DNA of 64,000 nt from positions 7,533-71,532 of the forward strand of contig CANJRM010000004.1 in assembly GCA_947476645.1 (NCBI GenBank), given 5' to 3'. Both the position numbers and the translations under genes were made by a program. This DNA is from Bacteroidota bacterium. Its GTDB lineage: Bacteria; Bacteroidota; Bacteroidia; Chitinophagales; LD1. The notes under the pieces are model-generated. The model was not told the origin of the DNA. It did no database searches and saw only the letters and a program-made list of their open reading frames with translations. Positions within the stretch are counted from its first letter, which is position 1. Every line of letters starts with the position of its first letter. This document shows positions 10,260 to 19,395 of the stretch, one piece after another.

Positions 10260-12155
10260 TCAAAACTTCTCTTTCCTAATCAGCAGTTTATTCCCACTCA
10301 TTACTTTCAGCAAATAAATTCCTGCTGAAAAATTATGGATTGGTATTGCGCAAGGGTTGTTGCATTCGGTTTGGTTAATCAGTCTTCCGGTTATGTCGAA
10401 GAGTTCAGCTTTTATAGGCTGTAAATTTCCGGTGTTGATGAGCAAAGTGTTTCCGCTTTGCGTAAGAAAGATTTCATTTTCTACATCATTAATTCCTGTA
10501 GTGCCTACGTTTAAAGTAAGTGTGTCTATGCTTACACAACCCAGTTGGTTTTCTACGCGCAGCACAATGCTGTAAGTGCCGTTTTGTGCGTATTGATGAA
10601 ACACATTTGGTGAAGCCACCGAGGCACTGTCACCATCACCAAAGTTCCAGAAATAAGAAGTAGTGTTGGTAGCAGGAGAGTAGAAGAACGCGTTGTGGCT
10701 GTTCAACTGAAAAGTAATATCTGCCACAGGGCACGAGTCAATCGTAATGGTATTGTATGCAGTGTCCGCACAAAAATTATTGTCAGCAATTAAGGTAATG
10801 GTATAAGTGCCTCCGCTGCTGTAATCATTACTATTGTTTAATGCAGTGGAAGTATTTCCATCACCAAAATTCCAGAGATAGTTTACAGCATTGCCGCTCA
10901 TGTTTAAAAAGGCAACATGAAGTTCAGTAGCATTAAATCCAAAACCTGCATGTGGTTTAGGTGCAACATAAGTTTGAAAACTTTTCTCTTCGCCTTCTGC
11001 CATAATCTGATTCAGTTCTTTCACGGTTACCGAAACAAAACCTGTATCGTTCCATTGCACCGTAATAGAATTTCCGTTGTTTGAAATCAGTGTTCCGTTG
11101 CCAATAATGTTCCAGCAGTATTTACTTCCTGCTGTGTTTACCACCGAGTAATGCGCGGTGCTGTGCTCACACACAATAGAGTCGCCCGTAATTTCACTCG
11201 TGTGCGGTTTCAGCAATTCAAATAAGAATGGTCGCGCGTAATTGTAAACAGTATCGTTTAGTTGCGGGTTCAGCAATTCGGGTTCGTGACCAAAGCCAAC
11301 CAACGGATGCAACACATTGGTAATTCCTAAATTAGTTAAGCGCTCGTGAATAGGCACGCTGCCATACACCTGCGGAAACACGGGCAACTGAAACGGATAA
11401 CCGTAAACATAAGGCACTGCGTTGTCCTGGTCGCCATGAAAAGAAATTACGGGGGTGTTTTCTGTTGCCTCGATAAACGAAGTATCCATAATAGCTCCCC
11501 ATTGATTCACTATGGCTTTGATATGCGGAATATGAAAACCTAAATCGGTATTGCCTGAACAATCCAAACAACCTAAATCATTGGGCTCAAGCAAACTTCC
11601 GAAGCTCGCGAGTGGTCGGTCGGCATCGTTGGTGAACGCATTGGCAAAAGCGCAAAAACATCCCGCACTTGTTCCTGTTAGAATGATGAGTGAAGTATCG
11701 AATTTGTATTGCTGCGCATGTGCGCACAAATAACGAATGGCAGAACGCTCATCCTGCACACCGCGGTAATAAGCGCGCACGGTACTGGCAGTATCCAACG
11801 GATTTAAACCAATACGGTAATCAATACTTGCCACGGCATAACCGCATTTGGCAAAGTAATTACAGAAAGCAGGTATAGCAGGTTGGCTGCGCCAACCAAT
11901 CGTAAAACCACCACCAAACTGAAACACAATCAAAGGGCGATGTGTGAGTGTATCGTTAGCAGGTTCATAAAAATCGAGCAGCAAATCTTGCGGCAAAGCC
12001 AAGGCACCAAAGGGAGTTGCCGTGCCGAAATAAATTCCATCGGTTTCAGCAACACTATGAAAGATGGTATCCTGATAACGCAACGAATTGCATTGCTGCG
12101 TTTGCGCAAAATGAAAACAACATAAAGAAAATGCGAAGAGGAAAATCTTCTTCAT
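10260..12155 (-). CDS. T9SS-secreted alpha/beta-hydrolase (esterase) with PKD domains
   Basis: Signal peptide MKKIFLF, FGGGF oxyanion motif, GTSAG nucleophile, FHGDQD, GHE; WNFGDG PKD repeats; CTD ending GIYLLKV...RKEKF. Confidence 0.85.
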   Translation of the reverse strand: MKKIFLFAFSLCCFHFAQTQQCNSLRYQDTIFHSVAETDGIYFGTATPFGALALPQDLLLDFYEPANDTLTHRPLIVFQFGGGFTIGWRSQPAIPAFCNYFAKCGYAVASIDYRIGLNPLDTASTVRAYYRGVQDERSAIRYLCAHAQQYKFDTSLIILTGTSAGCFCAFANAFTNDADRPLASFGSLLEPNDLGCLDCSGNTDLGFHIPHIKAIVNQWGAIMDTSFIEATENTPVISFHGDQDNAVPYVYGYPFQLPVFPQVYGSVPIHERLTNLGITNVLHPLVGFGHEPELLNPQLNDTVYNYARPFLFELLKPHTSEITGDSIVCEHSTAHYSVVNTAGSKYCWNIIGNGTLISNNGNSITVQWNDTGFVSVTVKELNQIMAEGEEKSFQTYVAPKPHAGFGFNATELHVAFLNMSGNAVNYLWNFGDGNTSTALNNSNDYSSGGTYTITLIADNNFCADTAYNTITIDSCPVADITFQLNSHNAFFYSPATNTTSYFWNFGDGDSASVASPNVFHQYAQNGTYSIVLRVENQLGCVSIDTLTLNVGTTGINDVENEIFLTQSGNTLLINTGNLQPIKAELFDITGRLINQTECNNPCAIPIHNFSAGIYLLKVMSGNKLLIRKEKF

Positions 12156-12198
12156 AAACTGAAAGTAAAACAATTAGGGAATCGCAGAGGTTTTGTCA

Positions 12199-13122
12199 TC
12201 AGCTTTTCAAAAACTCAATATTCCTTTTTAGTCCTTTGAATTTGGTGCGCTTTATTGGCGAGTCTTTAAACAGAGTTTTGAATTTTTCTTCACTTAACTC
12301 TTCCCAATCCTTTTGTTTCATGTTAAGTAGTTCGTCACTTGCATCAAACAATGGCTCTCTATGTTGCACTGCCTGTGAATTGATGGGACAAACCTGTTGG
12401 CAAATATCGCAACCAAACATCCAGTTCTCAAACTTGCCTTTCATTTCATCGGGAATCTTTTCATCCTTCAGCTCAATGGTGAAATACGAAATGCATTTGC
12501 TGCCATCAACTTTGTAAGGTTCGTAAATAGCATCAGTAGGGCATGCATCAATACATTTTGTGCAGGTACCGCAATAATCTTTCACGGGTGAATCGTATTC
12601 CAATTCTACGTCAAGAATTATTTCACCAAGAAAAAAATAACTGCCACTGCGCTTGGTGAGCAGATTAGTGTTTTTACCCTGCCAACCAATGCCACTGCGC
12701 TGTGCCCATGCGCGTTCCAACACAGGAGCGCTATCTACAAAGCAGCGAGCGTTTACATCTCCTGCCTGCGCACGAATGAAGTTTAATACTGCATTTAACT
12801 TGTGCTTTACCACCTCGTGATAATCTTTCCCTAAGGCATACATCGCTATCTTCGGTGTATCTTCTTGCTGCGTGGTTGGTGTGTAGTAATTGTGAGAGAA
12901 GGAGATAACGCTCTTTGCATTTTCTACCAGTAAACGGGGGTCAACACGCTTATCGAAATGGTTTGCCATGTAATCCATTTTGCCATGCAGGTTTTGGTTG
13001 AGCCATGCTTCGAGCAAACGCGCTTCATCATCAAGTTTTTCTGCTTTGCTTATTCCGCAGGCATCGAAACCCAAACGCCTGGCTTCACGTTTAATTAAAG
13101 CAGTAAGTTGTTGTTTGTTCAT
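12199..13122 (-). CDS. queG: tRNA epoxyqueuosine(34) reductase
   Basis: [53 protein letters not shown]. Confidence 0.97.
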   Translation of the reverse strand: MNKQQLTALIKREARRLGFDACGISKAEKLDDEARLLEAWLNQNLHGKMDYMANHFDKRVDPRLLVENAKSVISFSHNYYTPTTQQEDTPKIAMYALGKDYHEVVKHKLNAVLNFIRAQAGDVNARCFVDSAPVLERAWAQRSGIGWQGKNTNLLTKRSGSYFFLGEIILDVELEYDSPVKDYCGTCTKCIDACPTDAIYEPYKVDGSKCISYFTIELKDEKIPDEMKGKFENWMFGCDICQQVCPINSQAVQHREPLFDASDELLNMKQKDWEELSEEKFKTLFKDSPIKRTKFKGLKRNIEFLKS

Positions 13123-13152
13123 TGCAGAATATTCGCTCAAATAAAATATACA

Positions 13153-13201
13153 ATTAATGTTAGCGTTAGTTTAATAATAGCTCAATCTTAACGTAGCTTC
13201 G
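13153..13201 (+). promoter_or_regulatory. Promoter of EEP phosphodiesterase with putative Pho-box half-site
   Basis: CAATCTTAAC at 13183 is identical to the 10-mer at 20188; -7 element TAGCTTCG at 13194-13201. Confidence 0.45.
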
Positions 13202-13237
13202 GCACTTTAAAATTGCAGCGTAAATAATAAAACCAAA

Positions 13238-14140
13238 ATGAAATTTTTCAGCAACATTTTTCTTCTTTTCATTTTACTGTTTACTGCAACACAACAAATT
13301 TCTGCTTCGCCACCATTGGTGAAACCAACTGAAGAAGAAACGGATACTGCTTCAAAAAATCTGAAAATACTTTCCTGGAATATTTATATGCTGCCTAAAA
13401 TTGTTGTGCAGCGCGGTAAACGCGAACGCGCTCATGCTATTGTTGACACGCTTCGCCATTCAGATTTCGACATTATTGTTTTTCAGGAAGCTTTCTTTCC
13501 GGCATCGCGCGAAATTATTGGCGAAGGATTGAGAACGCTTTATCCTTATCAATACGGCCCTGCGAATAGCAGTGGTAGGACTTTGAAAACAAGCAGCGGT
13601 GTTTGGATACTGAGTAAAGTAAACCTGAAACTTCTGAATGTTACACAATTCAAAAACTGTGTAGGCTACGATTGCTTTGCGCGAAAAGGAGCCATGTTGT
13701 TAGAAGGTGTTTGGAACAATAAACCGTTTCAGATTCTCGGTACTCACTTACAGGCAGATGGTTTTGATATTGTTCGCCAGAAACAAATGGATCAGATTTA
13801 TACTGACCTGTTAGCCGAGAATAAACGTGAAGGTGTGCCGCAGATTATTTGTGGCGATATGAATACCGAGCGCGAAATGACACAACACTATTGCGAAATG
13901 CTCAACTGCCTCGATGCACAGGATGGAGAAATTACAGGAGTGGAGAAGTGTAGTTACGATGGTGTGAACAATCCTATTGCGCAATCGTTTGGTGTAAAGA
14001 ACAAAACCAACTACGATTATATTTTAGTGCGCAGCAATGGTATGAAGATGAAAGCTCTCCAACGTTTTGTAAGCGTTATGCGCAAAGGCAAAAAATACCT
14101 CAGCGACCATTATGGTGTTGCGTGTGAATTGAAATTCTGA
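13238..14140 (+). CDS. Secreted sphingomyelin phosphodiesterase / EEP-family phospholipase C
   Basis: Signal peptide; SWNIYMLP, VFQEAF, DCFARKG, GTHLQA, CGDMN, DYIL, SDHY catalytic motifs. Confidence 0.88.
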   Translation: MKFFSNIFLLFILLFTATQQISASPPLVKPTEEETDTASKNLKILSWNIYMLPKIVVQRGKRERAHAIVDTLRHSDFDIIVFQEAFFPASREIIGEGLRTLYPYQYGPANSSGRTLKTSSGVWILSKVNLKLLNVTQFKNCVGYDCFARKGAMLLEGVWNNKPFQILGTHLQADGFDIVRQKQMDQIYTDLLAENKREGVPQIICGDMNTEREMTQHYCEMLNCLDAQDGEITGVEKCSYDGVNNPIAQSFGVKNKTNYDYILVRSNGMKMKALQRFVSVMRKGKKYLSDHYGVACELKF

Positions 14141-14186
14141 TTATTCCTTTTTGCTAAAGGAGAACATTTCTGACTATATTATTTTT

Positions 14187-15221
14187 CTATTTAGATTTTT
14201 GCAACGTAAAGGCAAAAGTAGTTCCCACACCAACCGTACTGCGCACATTGATGGTTTGATGATGCGCTTCAAGAATATGTTTTACGATAGCCAATCCTAG
14301 ACCTGTACCGCCCTGTTCGCGACTGCGGTGTTTATCTACGCGATAGAAACGTTCAAATAAACGCGGCAGATGTTCTTCTGAAATTCCAATTCCATTATCA
14401 GTTATTTCAACCAAAATGTTTTCGCCCATGGGATAGAAGTTTGCGGTGGTGCTACCGCCTTCGTTACCGTATTTGATGGAGTTGTCGGCAAGATTGGTAA
14501 TAACTTGACGAATCTTGTCTTTATCGGCATGAATAGCGTGGGGTCTCTCGCTTCCATCATTTAACTGAAGCGTCATGCCTTTGCGTTTTGCTTTTAGTTC
14601 CAAACTATCAAACACTTCGCGCACCAGTTGAACGATGTCGAAGTTTTCTTTCACAATAAAAATTTCTCCGCGTTCTAGTTTTGAAATTTCGTCAAGGTCA
14701 TCAACGAGCGAACTCAACCGTTCTACACTTGTTGCAGCACGTTCTAAAAATGTTTTAGACACTTTAGGGTCGTCCATTGCTCCTTCTAAAAGCGTGTGCA
14801 CGTAACCCTGAATATTGAAGAGCGGAGTTTTTAACTCGTGTGAAAGATTTCCGAGAAATTCTTTGCGGAATTGTTCGAGGCGTTTGAGGTCTTCAATTTC
14901 AATGCTTTTGTTTTTAGCCCAATCGGCCACTTCCATTTCCATTTCTTTGAGCGGGTCATCAGCCTGCATAGAGCCGAGAGAATCTTTTTGCGACCGATTC
15001 AATTTAAACTGATGAATGACTTTGTACACGAGGTGAATACGATTGCGCAGATAAATATCAACGGCATAATGCACCAGGAGAGAAGCAGAAACAAAGGTAA
15101 CGAGCCAGTTGCTAACGAAGGAAATAAGTGAAGCATGAAAATATAAACCGGAAATACTTACGATGGTTGCCAGCAGCATGGCTATAACTATGGTAAGGGC
15201 GCGGGGGGAAAGTTTATCCAA
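14187..15221 (-). CDS. phoR: PhoR-like sensor histidine kinase
   Basis: Two TMs, FRKEFLGNLSHELKTPLF, NLADNSIKYG, FERFYRVDKHRSREQGGTGLGLAIVKH; adjacent to DUF47. Confidence 0.8.
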   Translation of the reverse strand: MDKLSPRALTIVIAMLLATIVSISGLYFHASLISFVSNWLVTFVSASLLVHYAVDIYLRNRIHLVYKVIHQFKLNRSQKDSLGSMQADDPLKEMEMEVADWAKNKSIEIEDLKRLEQFRKEFLGNLSHELKTPLFNIQGYVHTLLEGAMDDPKVSKTFLERAATSVERLSSLVDDLDEISKLERGEIFIVKENFDIVQLVREVFDSLELKAKRKGMTLQLNDGSERPHAIHADKDKIRQVITNLADNSIKYGNEGGSTTANFYPMGENILVEITDNGIGISEEHLPRLFERFYRVDKHRSREQGGTGLGLAIVKHILEAHHQTINVRSTVGVGTTFAFTLQKSK

Positions 15222-15254
15222 CGGTGTTTAGTGATTTTAGTTGGAACAAATTTA

Positions 15255-15911
15255 TCAGGAAAGTTTAATGACGATGGTTTCAATGACGTTGGCTATGTCT
15301 TCGGCATTGTCGATGGCGGTTTCGAGGTCGTCTAAGATTTCTTTTGTTTTAATAATGCGGATGGGGTCGGGTTGGGTTTCGAAGAGGATGCCGATGGCAT
15401 CTTCTAAAATAGTATCGCCTTCGTTTTCGAGCGAGTTAATGCGCACGAGTGCTTCGCGAATGCGCGACATGTTGTTGAGGGTTTCCATGTAGCGGATAGC
15501 AATGTCAATTTCTTTTACCTGTTTGCAGATGATTTCCGATAGCCGTTCCATGGCAGGGGAGTAGCGGTCAACTTTATAAAGTTCGATGCGGGTGGCGGCA
15601 GAGTTGATGCTGTCGGCTACATCATCGAGGGCGGTGGCGAGTTCGTGAATATCGGAGCGGTCGAAGGGGGTGATGAAATCGGTGCTTAGTTTGTTGTGGA
15701 TTTCGTGGGTGATGTCATCGCCTTTGTTTTCGAGTTCTTTTATGCGGCTGAGAAATTTATCTTGCTCGGCATGTGTGGTGCTGAGCATGAGTTCGTGAAA
15801 CACATTGCTTATTTCTATGAGGTTGGCGGATGATTGACACAAGAGATGATGGAAGACTTTGTTTTTTGGAACTAAGTAACTGAAGAATTTATTGAGGTGG
15901 AGAGTAGCCAA
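15255..15911 (-). CDS. DUF47 family (PhoU-like, Pit accessory) phosphate-transport regulator
   Basis: IKELENKGDDITH, FITPFDRSDIHELATALDDVAD, LENEGD, LETAIDNAEDIANVIETIVIK; TTG start. Confidence 0.92.
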   Translation of the reverse strand: MATLHLNKFFSYLVPKNKVFHHLLCQSSANLIEISNVFHELMLSTTHAEQDKFLSRIKELENKGDDITHEIHNKLSTDFITPFDRSDIHELATALDDVADSINSAATRIELYKVDRYSPAMERLSEIICKQVKEIDIAIRYMETLNNMSRIREALVRINSLENEGDTILEDAIGILFETQPDPIRIIKTKEILDDLETAIDNAEDIANVIETIVIKLS

Positions 15912-15928
15912 TGCGGTTTATTTGAAAC

Positions 15929-15962
15929 CGAAAGTAGCGCACATGTATTAAGCCCACATTAA
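15929..15962 (-). promoter_or_regulatory. Putative Pho box plus -7 promoter for DUF47-phoR
   Basis: Minus strand TTAAT-N6-TTAAT (11-bp spacing; 15962-15958 and 15951-15947) followed by TACTTTCG (15936-15929). Confidence 0.5.
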
Positions 15963-16822
15963 TTCTTCGCAAACTCCTGTTTGAATTCATTCATTACTTC
16001 CATGTAATTTTCTTTCATGTCTTCGTATGCTTCGCGCAGCAAATAATTTTCGGGGTCTTTGGCTAAACCTTTTTCGAGGCGCACTATTATTTTGTGACTG
16101 ATGTAAGCAATGTTATTGCGCCCTATAAGTTTATAATGCCAAATCAGTTTATTGATTTTGCTCCACTCGGCATAGTATTGCCAATACAAAGTAGTTTCTT
16201 CTTCGCTGTGTTCGGTTTCTTTCTTCTCATCATAAGCATCTATAAACTCTACCAGTTCTGCGGCACGCGCACTCATTTCGTCTAACTCTTTACGTGTTGG
16301 TTTGCGGCCTAAGGTGTTTTGCTTTGCGGGTTCAGGTGCGGGAATGTATCGTCTGTTCCATTCATTGGCATCTTCGGCTAACCAGTCCTCATCGGGTGCG
16401 GGAATAAGAAAACCTTCATACTCCGTTCCTTTTGCTTTTGCCGCTAAAAGAAGATTGGCGTGCTCGACCGCTTCGCGCGCTATGCTTTTAAAAATTTCTT
16501 CGTGCGCCTTTTTGTAACCGCGTTTGGATAGATGGTAAGAGTGCAACGTATTGACTTTAATGAGGTCATCCTTTTCACCTTTCATGTGCAGTTTGGCAAG
16601 CAGGTAACAGGTTACTTCATCATAGTCATCATCGGCTTGGGTATCGGGGTCAACACTTAATGATAAATCCCAATCGTAGTTGTTTCCCGCGTTAGGTAGT
16701 ACAGGCTTAGCATCAAAGCAAATCAAGTTATCATCTACTTCGTGCAGTTTTATTTCAATGCCTTTAAACTTTATCTGCGTTTCGAAATGCAGGGTATTTT
16801 CTTCTGAAGTTTCCATGGTCAT
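15959..16822 (-). CDS. Hypothetical protein; N-terminal half possibly SecB-like, C-terminal half helical and acidic
   Basis: Long ORF; beta-rich N-terminus followed by SIAREAVEHANLLLAAKAKGTEYEGFLIP. Confidence 0.55.
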   Translation of the reverse strand: MTMETSEENTLHFETQIKFKGIEIKLHEVDDNLICFDAKPVLPNAGNNYDWDLSLSVDPDTQADDDYDEVTCYLLAKLHMKGEKDDLIKVNTLHSYHLSKRGYKKAHEEIFKSIAREAVEHANLLLAAKAKGTEYEGFLIPAPDEDWLAEDANEWNRRYIPAPEPAKQNTLGRKPTRKELDEMSARAAELVEFIDAYDEKKETEHSEEETTLYWQYYAEWSKINKLIWHYKLIGRNNIAYISHKIIVRLEKGLAKDPENYLLREAYEDMKENYMEVMNEFKQEFAKN

Positions 16823-16920
16823 TTTGTTTACGTAAATCAAAATGATAACGGTGAGAGAAGGAAGGATATTGCTAATGCTTTAATGATACGGGCACTGTGA
16901 ATTGACGAGCATTCAGGACA

Positions 16921-16975
16921 AAGCCCCAACGGGGCGTCATATAACAGCGCAGGGCATCGCCCCGCGCTGTTATTA
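16921..16975. repeat. REP-like double hairpin
   Basis: GCCCC-AAC-GGGGC (16923-16935) and ATAACAGCGC-AGGGC-ATC-GCCC-C-GCGCTGTTAT (16941-16973). Confidence 0.6.
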
Positions 16976-16977
16976 CC

Positions 16978-17013
16978 AACAACAAAACGCCCTGCATTGC
17001 TGCAAGGGCGTTC
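16978..17013 (-). terminator. Intrinsic terminator for the 17054-18295 gene
   Basis: Minus strand AACGCCCTTGCA-GCAA-TGCAGGGCGTT followed by TTGTTGTT. Confidence 0.65.
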
Positions 17014-17020
17014 TTGTATT

Positions 17021-17052
17021 TAAGTCTCCCCGAAGCGGAGATTTAGAGGGTT
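17021..17052. repeat. REP-like palindrome (AAGTCTCC...GGAGATTTAGAGGG)
   Basis: Imperfect hairpin AAGTCTCC/GGAGATTT directly after the stop codon. Confidence 0.45.
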
Positions 17053-17053
17053 G

Positions 17054-18295
17054 CTATACCTCCAGGTTATTAAACGTAAATGTATAATGCCCGCTTACTA
17101 CTCCTGTGTTTTGAACCATCAGAAACTTATTGGTATCGTCTAACCCTATTAGTGCTGCCAGGTCGCTGCTCAGTTTAACTGCACTTGTATTTGCCGATAC
17201 ATCAAAGAAAACCGCACCCGGTGTGCCGTTATTCGTAGCTGAGGCATACACGCGCATGTTGCTATCCTTAGCTTCAATGGTAACTGTTGTTTGCGCAGTG
17301 CCGTTAATACCAACTAAACTGATATTCGCCACAATGCCCATTGCCAAATCGCCTTCGCGAACGGCTGTGCCGTTAGCGGGGTTTGAAGAGCCAGCTACTA
17401 ACGTAACAATACGCCTTACCGATTTGCCCGCCACGAACTTAATCGCAGTTTCTGTTTTGGTGGTAAAACCATCCTTACTCACTTTCAAATCATAAGTGCC
17501 CGGTTTAATTTTTGAAATCATCAATATGCCTTTGGCATCGCTACCCAGCGAGTATTTAACGAGATTATTTTGCAACAACGAAGCCACAGCACCTTTAATA
17601 AACGCATTATCTTCTGCCTTTACTTCCACGCGCAATTTCGTATGCACAGCACCAAGGTCGTAAACAACGCGCGCGCCCAAATAGTCCTTGTAAAAATCGG
17701 GGTTACTTACTTTAAACGGCAGCATCAGATTATCTAACTGCATCTTCAAAATAACATCGGTTTGCTTAAACAGGTTCGCTAAATTCAGAGTTGCCGTTTT
17801 CTTGCTCACCTTGGCAGTTCCGGGTGCAGGCACCTTCACATTATAAGCGGTAATCCCGTTTTGCAAAGCGGTGAGCACCGGAGCCGTAATACCATAATCT
17901 GCCAATGCCACCAAATTAGCATTCGCCTTATCGTGAATAATCTGACAGCGGTCACCCAACATATCATCACGCGTTTTCAGCAATTGCGTATGAGTAAAGT
18001 TCACCGAATCCAGAAGCTCATTATTGTTTTCCTGTGTGGCATACGCAATCACTGCGGCCGCTACTGGGAAACTAAGGTCTACAAGAGAAGCTTTCAAAAC
18101 ATTTTTGTCGGTAGAAATACCGGTAATAATAGCCTGCTGTTGCTGCGAAGCCGTGTGAATAGCGGTGATTTTTGCGGAGAACGCCCCTTTGATAGTAACA
18201 ATAGCGGGTGTTCCATTCCAGATGATACTATTATCATCCAAAAGTTTTTCAGCAACCCGGTACATGCTGAATTTGTTTTCTTGTGTGTCTAACAT
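17054..18295 (-). CDS. Hypothetical protein: helical N-domain + carboxypeptidase-regulatory-like domain + extra beta domain
   Basis: Start MLDTQENKFSMY; YGIT, PDFYKDYLGAR; SDAKG...PGTYDLKVSKDGF; no signal peptide. Confidence 0.8.
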   Translation of the reverse strand: MLDTQENKFSMYRVAEKLLDDNSIIWNGTPAIVTIKGAFSAKITAIHTASQQQQAIITGISTDKNVLKASLVDLSFPVAAAVIAYATQENNNELLDSVNFTHTQLLKTRDDMLGDRCQIIHDKANANLVALADYGITAPVLTALQNGITAYNVKVPAPGTAKVSKKTATLNLANLFKQTDVILKMQLDNLMLPFKVSNPDFYKDYLGARVVYDLGAVHTKLRVEVKAEDNAFIKGAVASLLQNNLVKYSLGSDAKGILMISKIKPGTYDLKVSKDGFTTKTETAIKFVAGKSVRRIVTLVAGSSNPANGTAVREGDLAMGIVANISLVGINGTAQTTVTIEAKDSNMRVYASATNNGTPGAVFFDVSANTSAVKLSSDLAALIGLDDTNKFLMVQNTGVVSGHYTFTFNNLEV

Positions 18296-18497
18296 CTGTG
18301 TTGATTTAGATGGTTTAAAAAATAATTTCAGCGGCAAATTTATACACGCTTATGCCTGAAAAAGAAAAGAAATTAAGCACCGTTTTTTGCTGTTTTCCAC
18401 AGCAATTTTTGGCATATTCTGTGAGGGTACCTCTAACCCGCTGAAAATTAAAAACTAATCAACCCTCAAAATTTTGGTCTTTTTTTTGTGCCGCTAA

Positions 18498-18902
18498 CTA
18501 TTTTACCTGAGTTTTGCACACTTTTGGGGCGCTTTTGCCTTTCTTCCTCGCATTTCTCTCAACTAAACTCCGGTCATAAATTTCTTCGTACAAGTCTTTG
18601 CTCCCTTCGTACAAGTCATTGCTCCCTTCGTACAAGTCATTGCTCCCTTCGTACAAGTCATTGCTCCCTTCGTACAAGTCATTGCTCCCTTCATACAAAT
18701 CCTTACCCCCTTCGTACCGGTCTTTGACTTCTTCGTACAAATCTTTGAATCCCCCGTACGCGTCTTTATTACCTTTATACAAGTCTTTGCTCCCCTTGTT
18801 ACAATCTTTGAGCTCTTCGTACAAATCTTTAGCGCCTTCGTACAAGTCTTTGCCCTCCCCGTACATCGAAATCACGTCCTCTTTCTCTTCATTCATTGCC
18901 AT
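18498..18902 (-). CDS. Acidic heptad-repeat protein (K/N-D-L-Y-E-G-x)n
   Basis: ATG-started 134-aa ORF; repeat variants include synonymous GAC/GAT and TAC/TAT changes in this frame. Confidence 0.55.
   Translation of the reverse strand: MAMNEEKEDVISMYGEGKDLYEGAKDLYEELKDCNKGSKDLYKGNKDAYGGFKDLYEEVKDRYEGGKDLYEGSNDLYEGSNDLYEGSNDLYEGSNDLYEGSKDLYEEIYDRSLVERNARKKGKSAPKVCKTQVK
18584..18877. repeat. Tandem array of 14 x 21-bp units
   Basis: Consensus CTTCGTACAAGTC(T/A)TTGCTCC; units start at 18584, 18605, ... 18857; four identical units at 18605-18688. Confidence 0.95.
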
Positions 18903-18983
18903 GTTACCAAAACATTACCTGCCCAAAACCACTCCCATAATGAGCTAATTATTTCTAAAATTGACGCATAAAACCAACCCAAA

Positions 18984-19223
18984 ATGGCTAAACAAAAAGC
19001 AAAGAAAGCGGTAGTAGATTCGCTTAAAGAAGTTAAGAAATATTCGAAAGCAATTTTCAAACTGCTCAAAGGGCTTAAGAAAAAGAACAACCACACAGCA
19101 GAATATAAAGCGGTATTGCAAAAGGCAATTGAATTAGATGTGCTTTGGCTTATAGCTATGGAAAAACATTTGGCTGAGCAAAAAGAAGTAAAGCTGGTAG
19201 TGGCGAAAAAGAAGAAGAAATAG
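18984..19223 (+). CDS. Small lysine-rich helical hypothetical protein
   Basis: 79 aa, about 23 Lys; A-rich initiation context; divergent from the repeat ORF. Confidence 0.55.
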   Translation: MAKQKAKKAVVDSLKEVKKYSKAIFKLLKGLKKKNNHTAEYKAVLQKAIELDVLWLIAMEKHLAEQKEVKLVVAKKKKK

Positions 19224-19395
19224 AAGATATGAGTTTCTGTTTGCTTTTATCCATTCCATAAATGCGATGGCAATTAATCTCTTAACTTACCTTTTGTTTC
19301 ATCCCATCTGCTTCAAGGCGAGGGGCAGGGTGTGCATAGCAGCTCTTCTGTCAACAAGAAAAAACTTTCTTACTTTGCATCATAAATTCAACGCC

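Noticed and set aside
18584-18877. CRISPR array or guide-RNA array
   Set aside because: Units are contiguous 21-mers with no unique spacers, four are identical, variation is codon-like, and no cas-like gene is present
18488-18948. Plus-strand ORFs (SLRTSHC and SLLPSYK repeats)
   Set aside because: Open frames expected from a stop-free 21-bp repeat; synonymous variation and the ATG start favour the minus-strand frame
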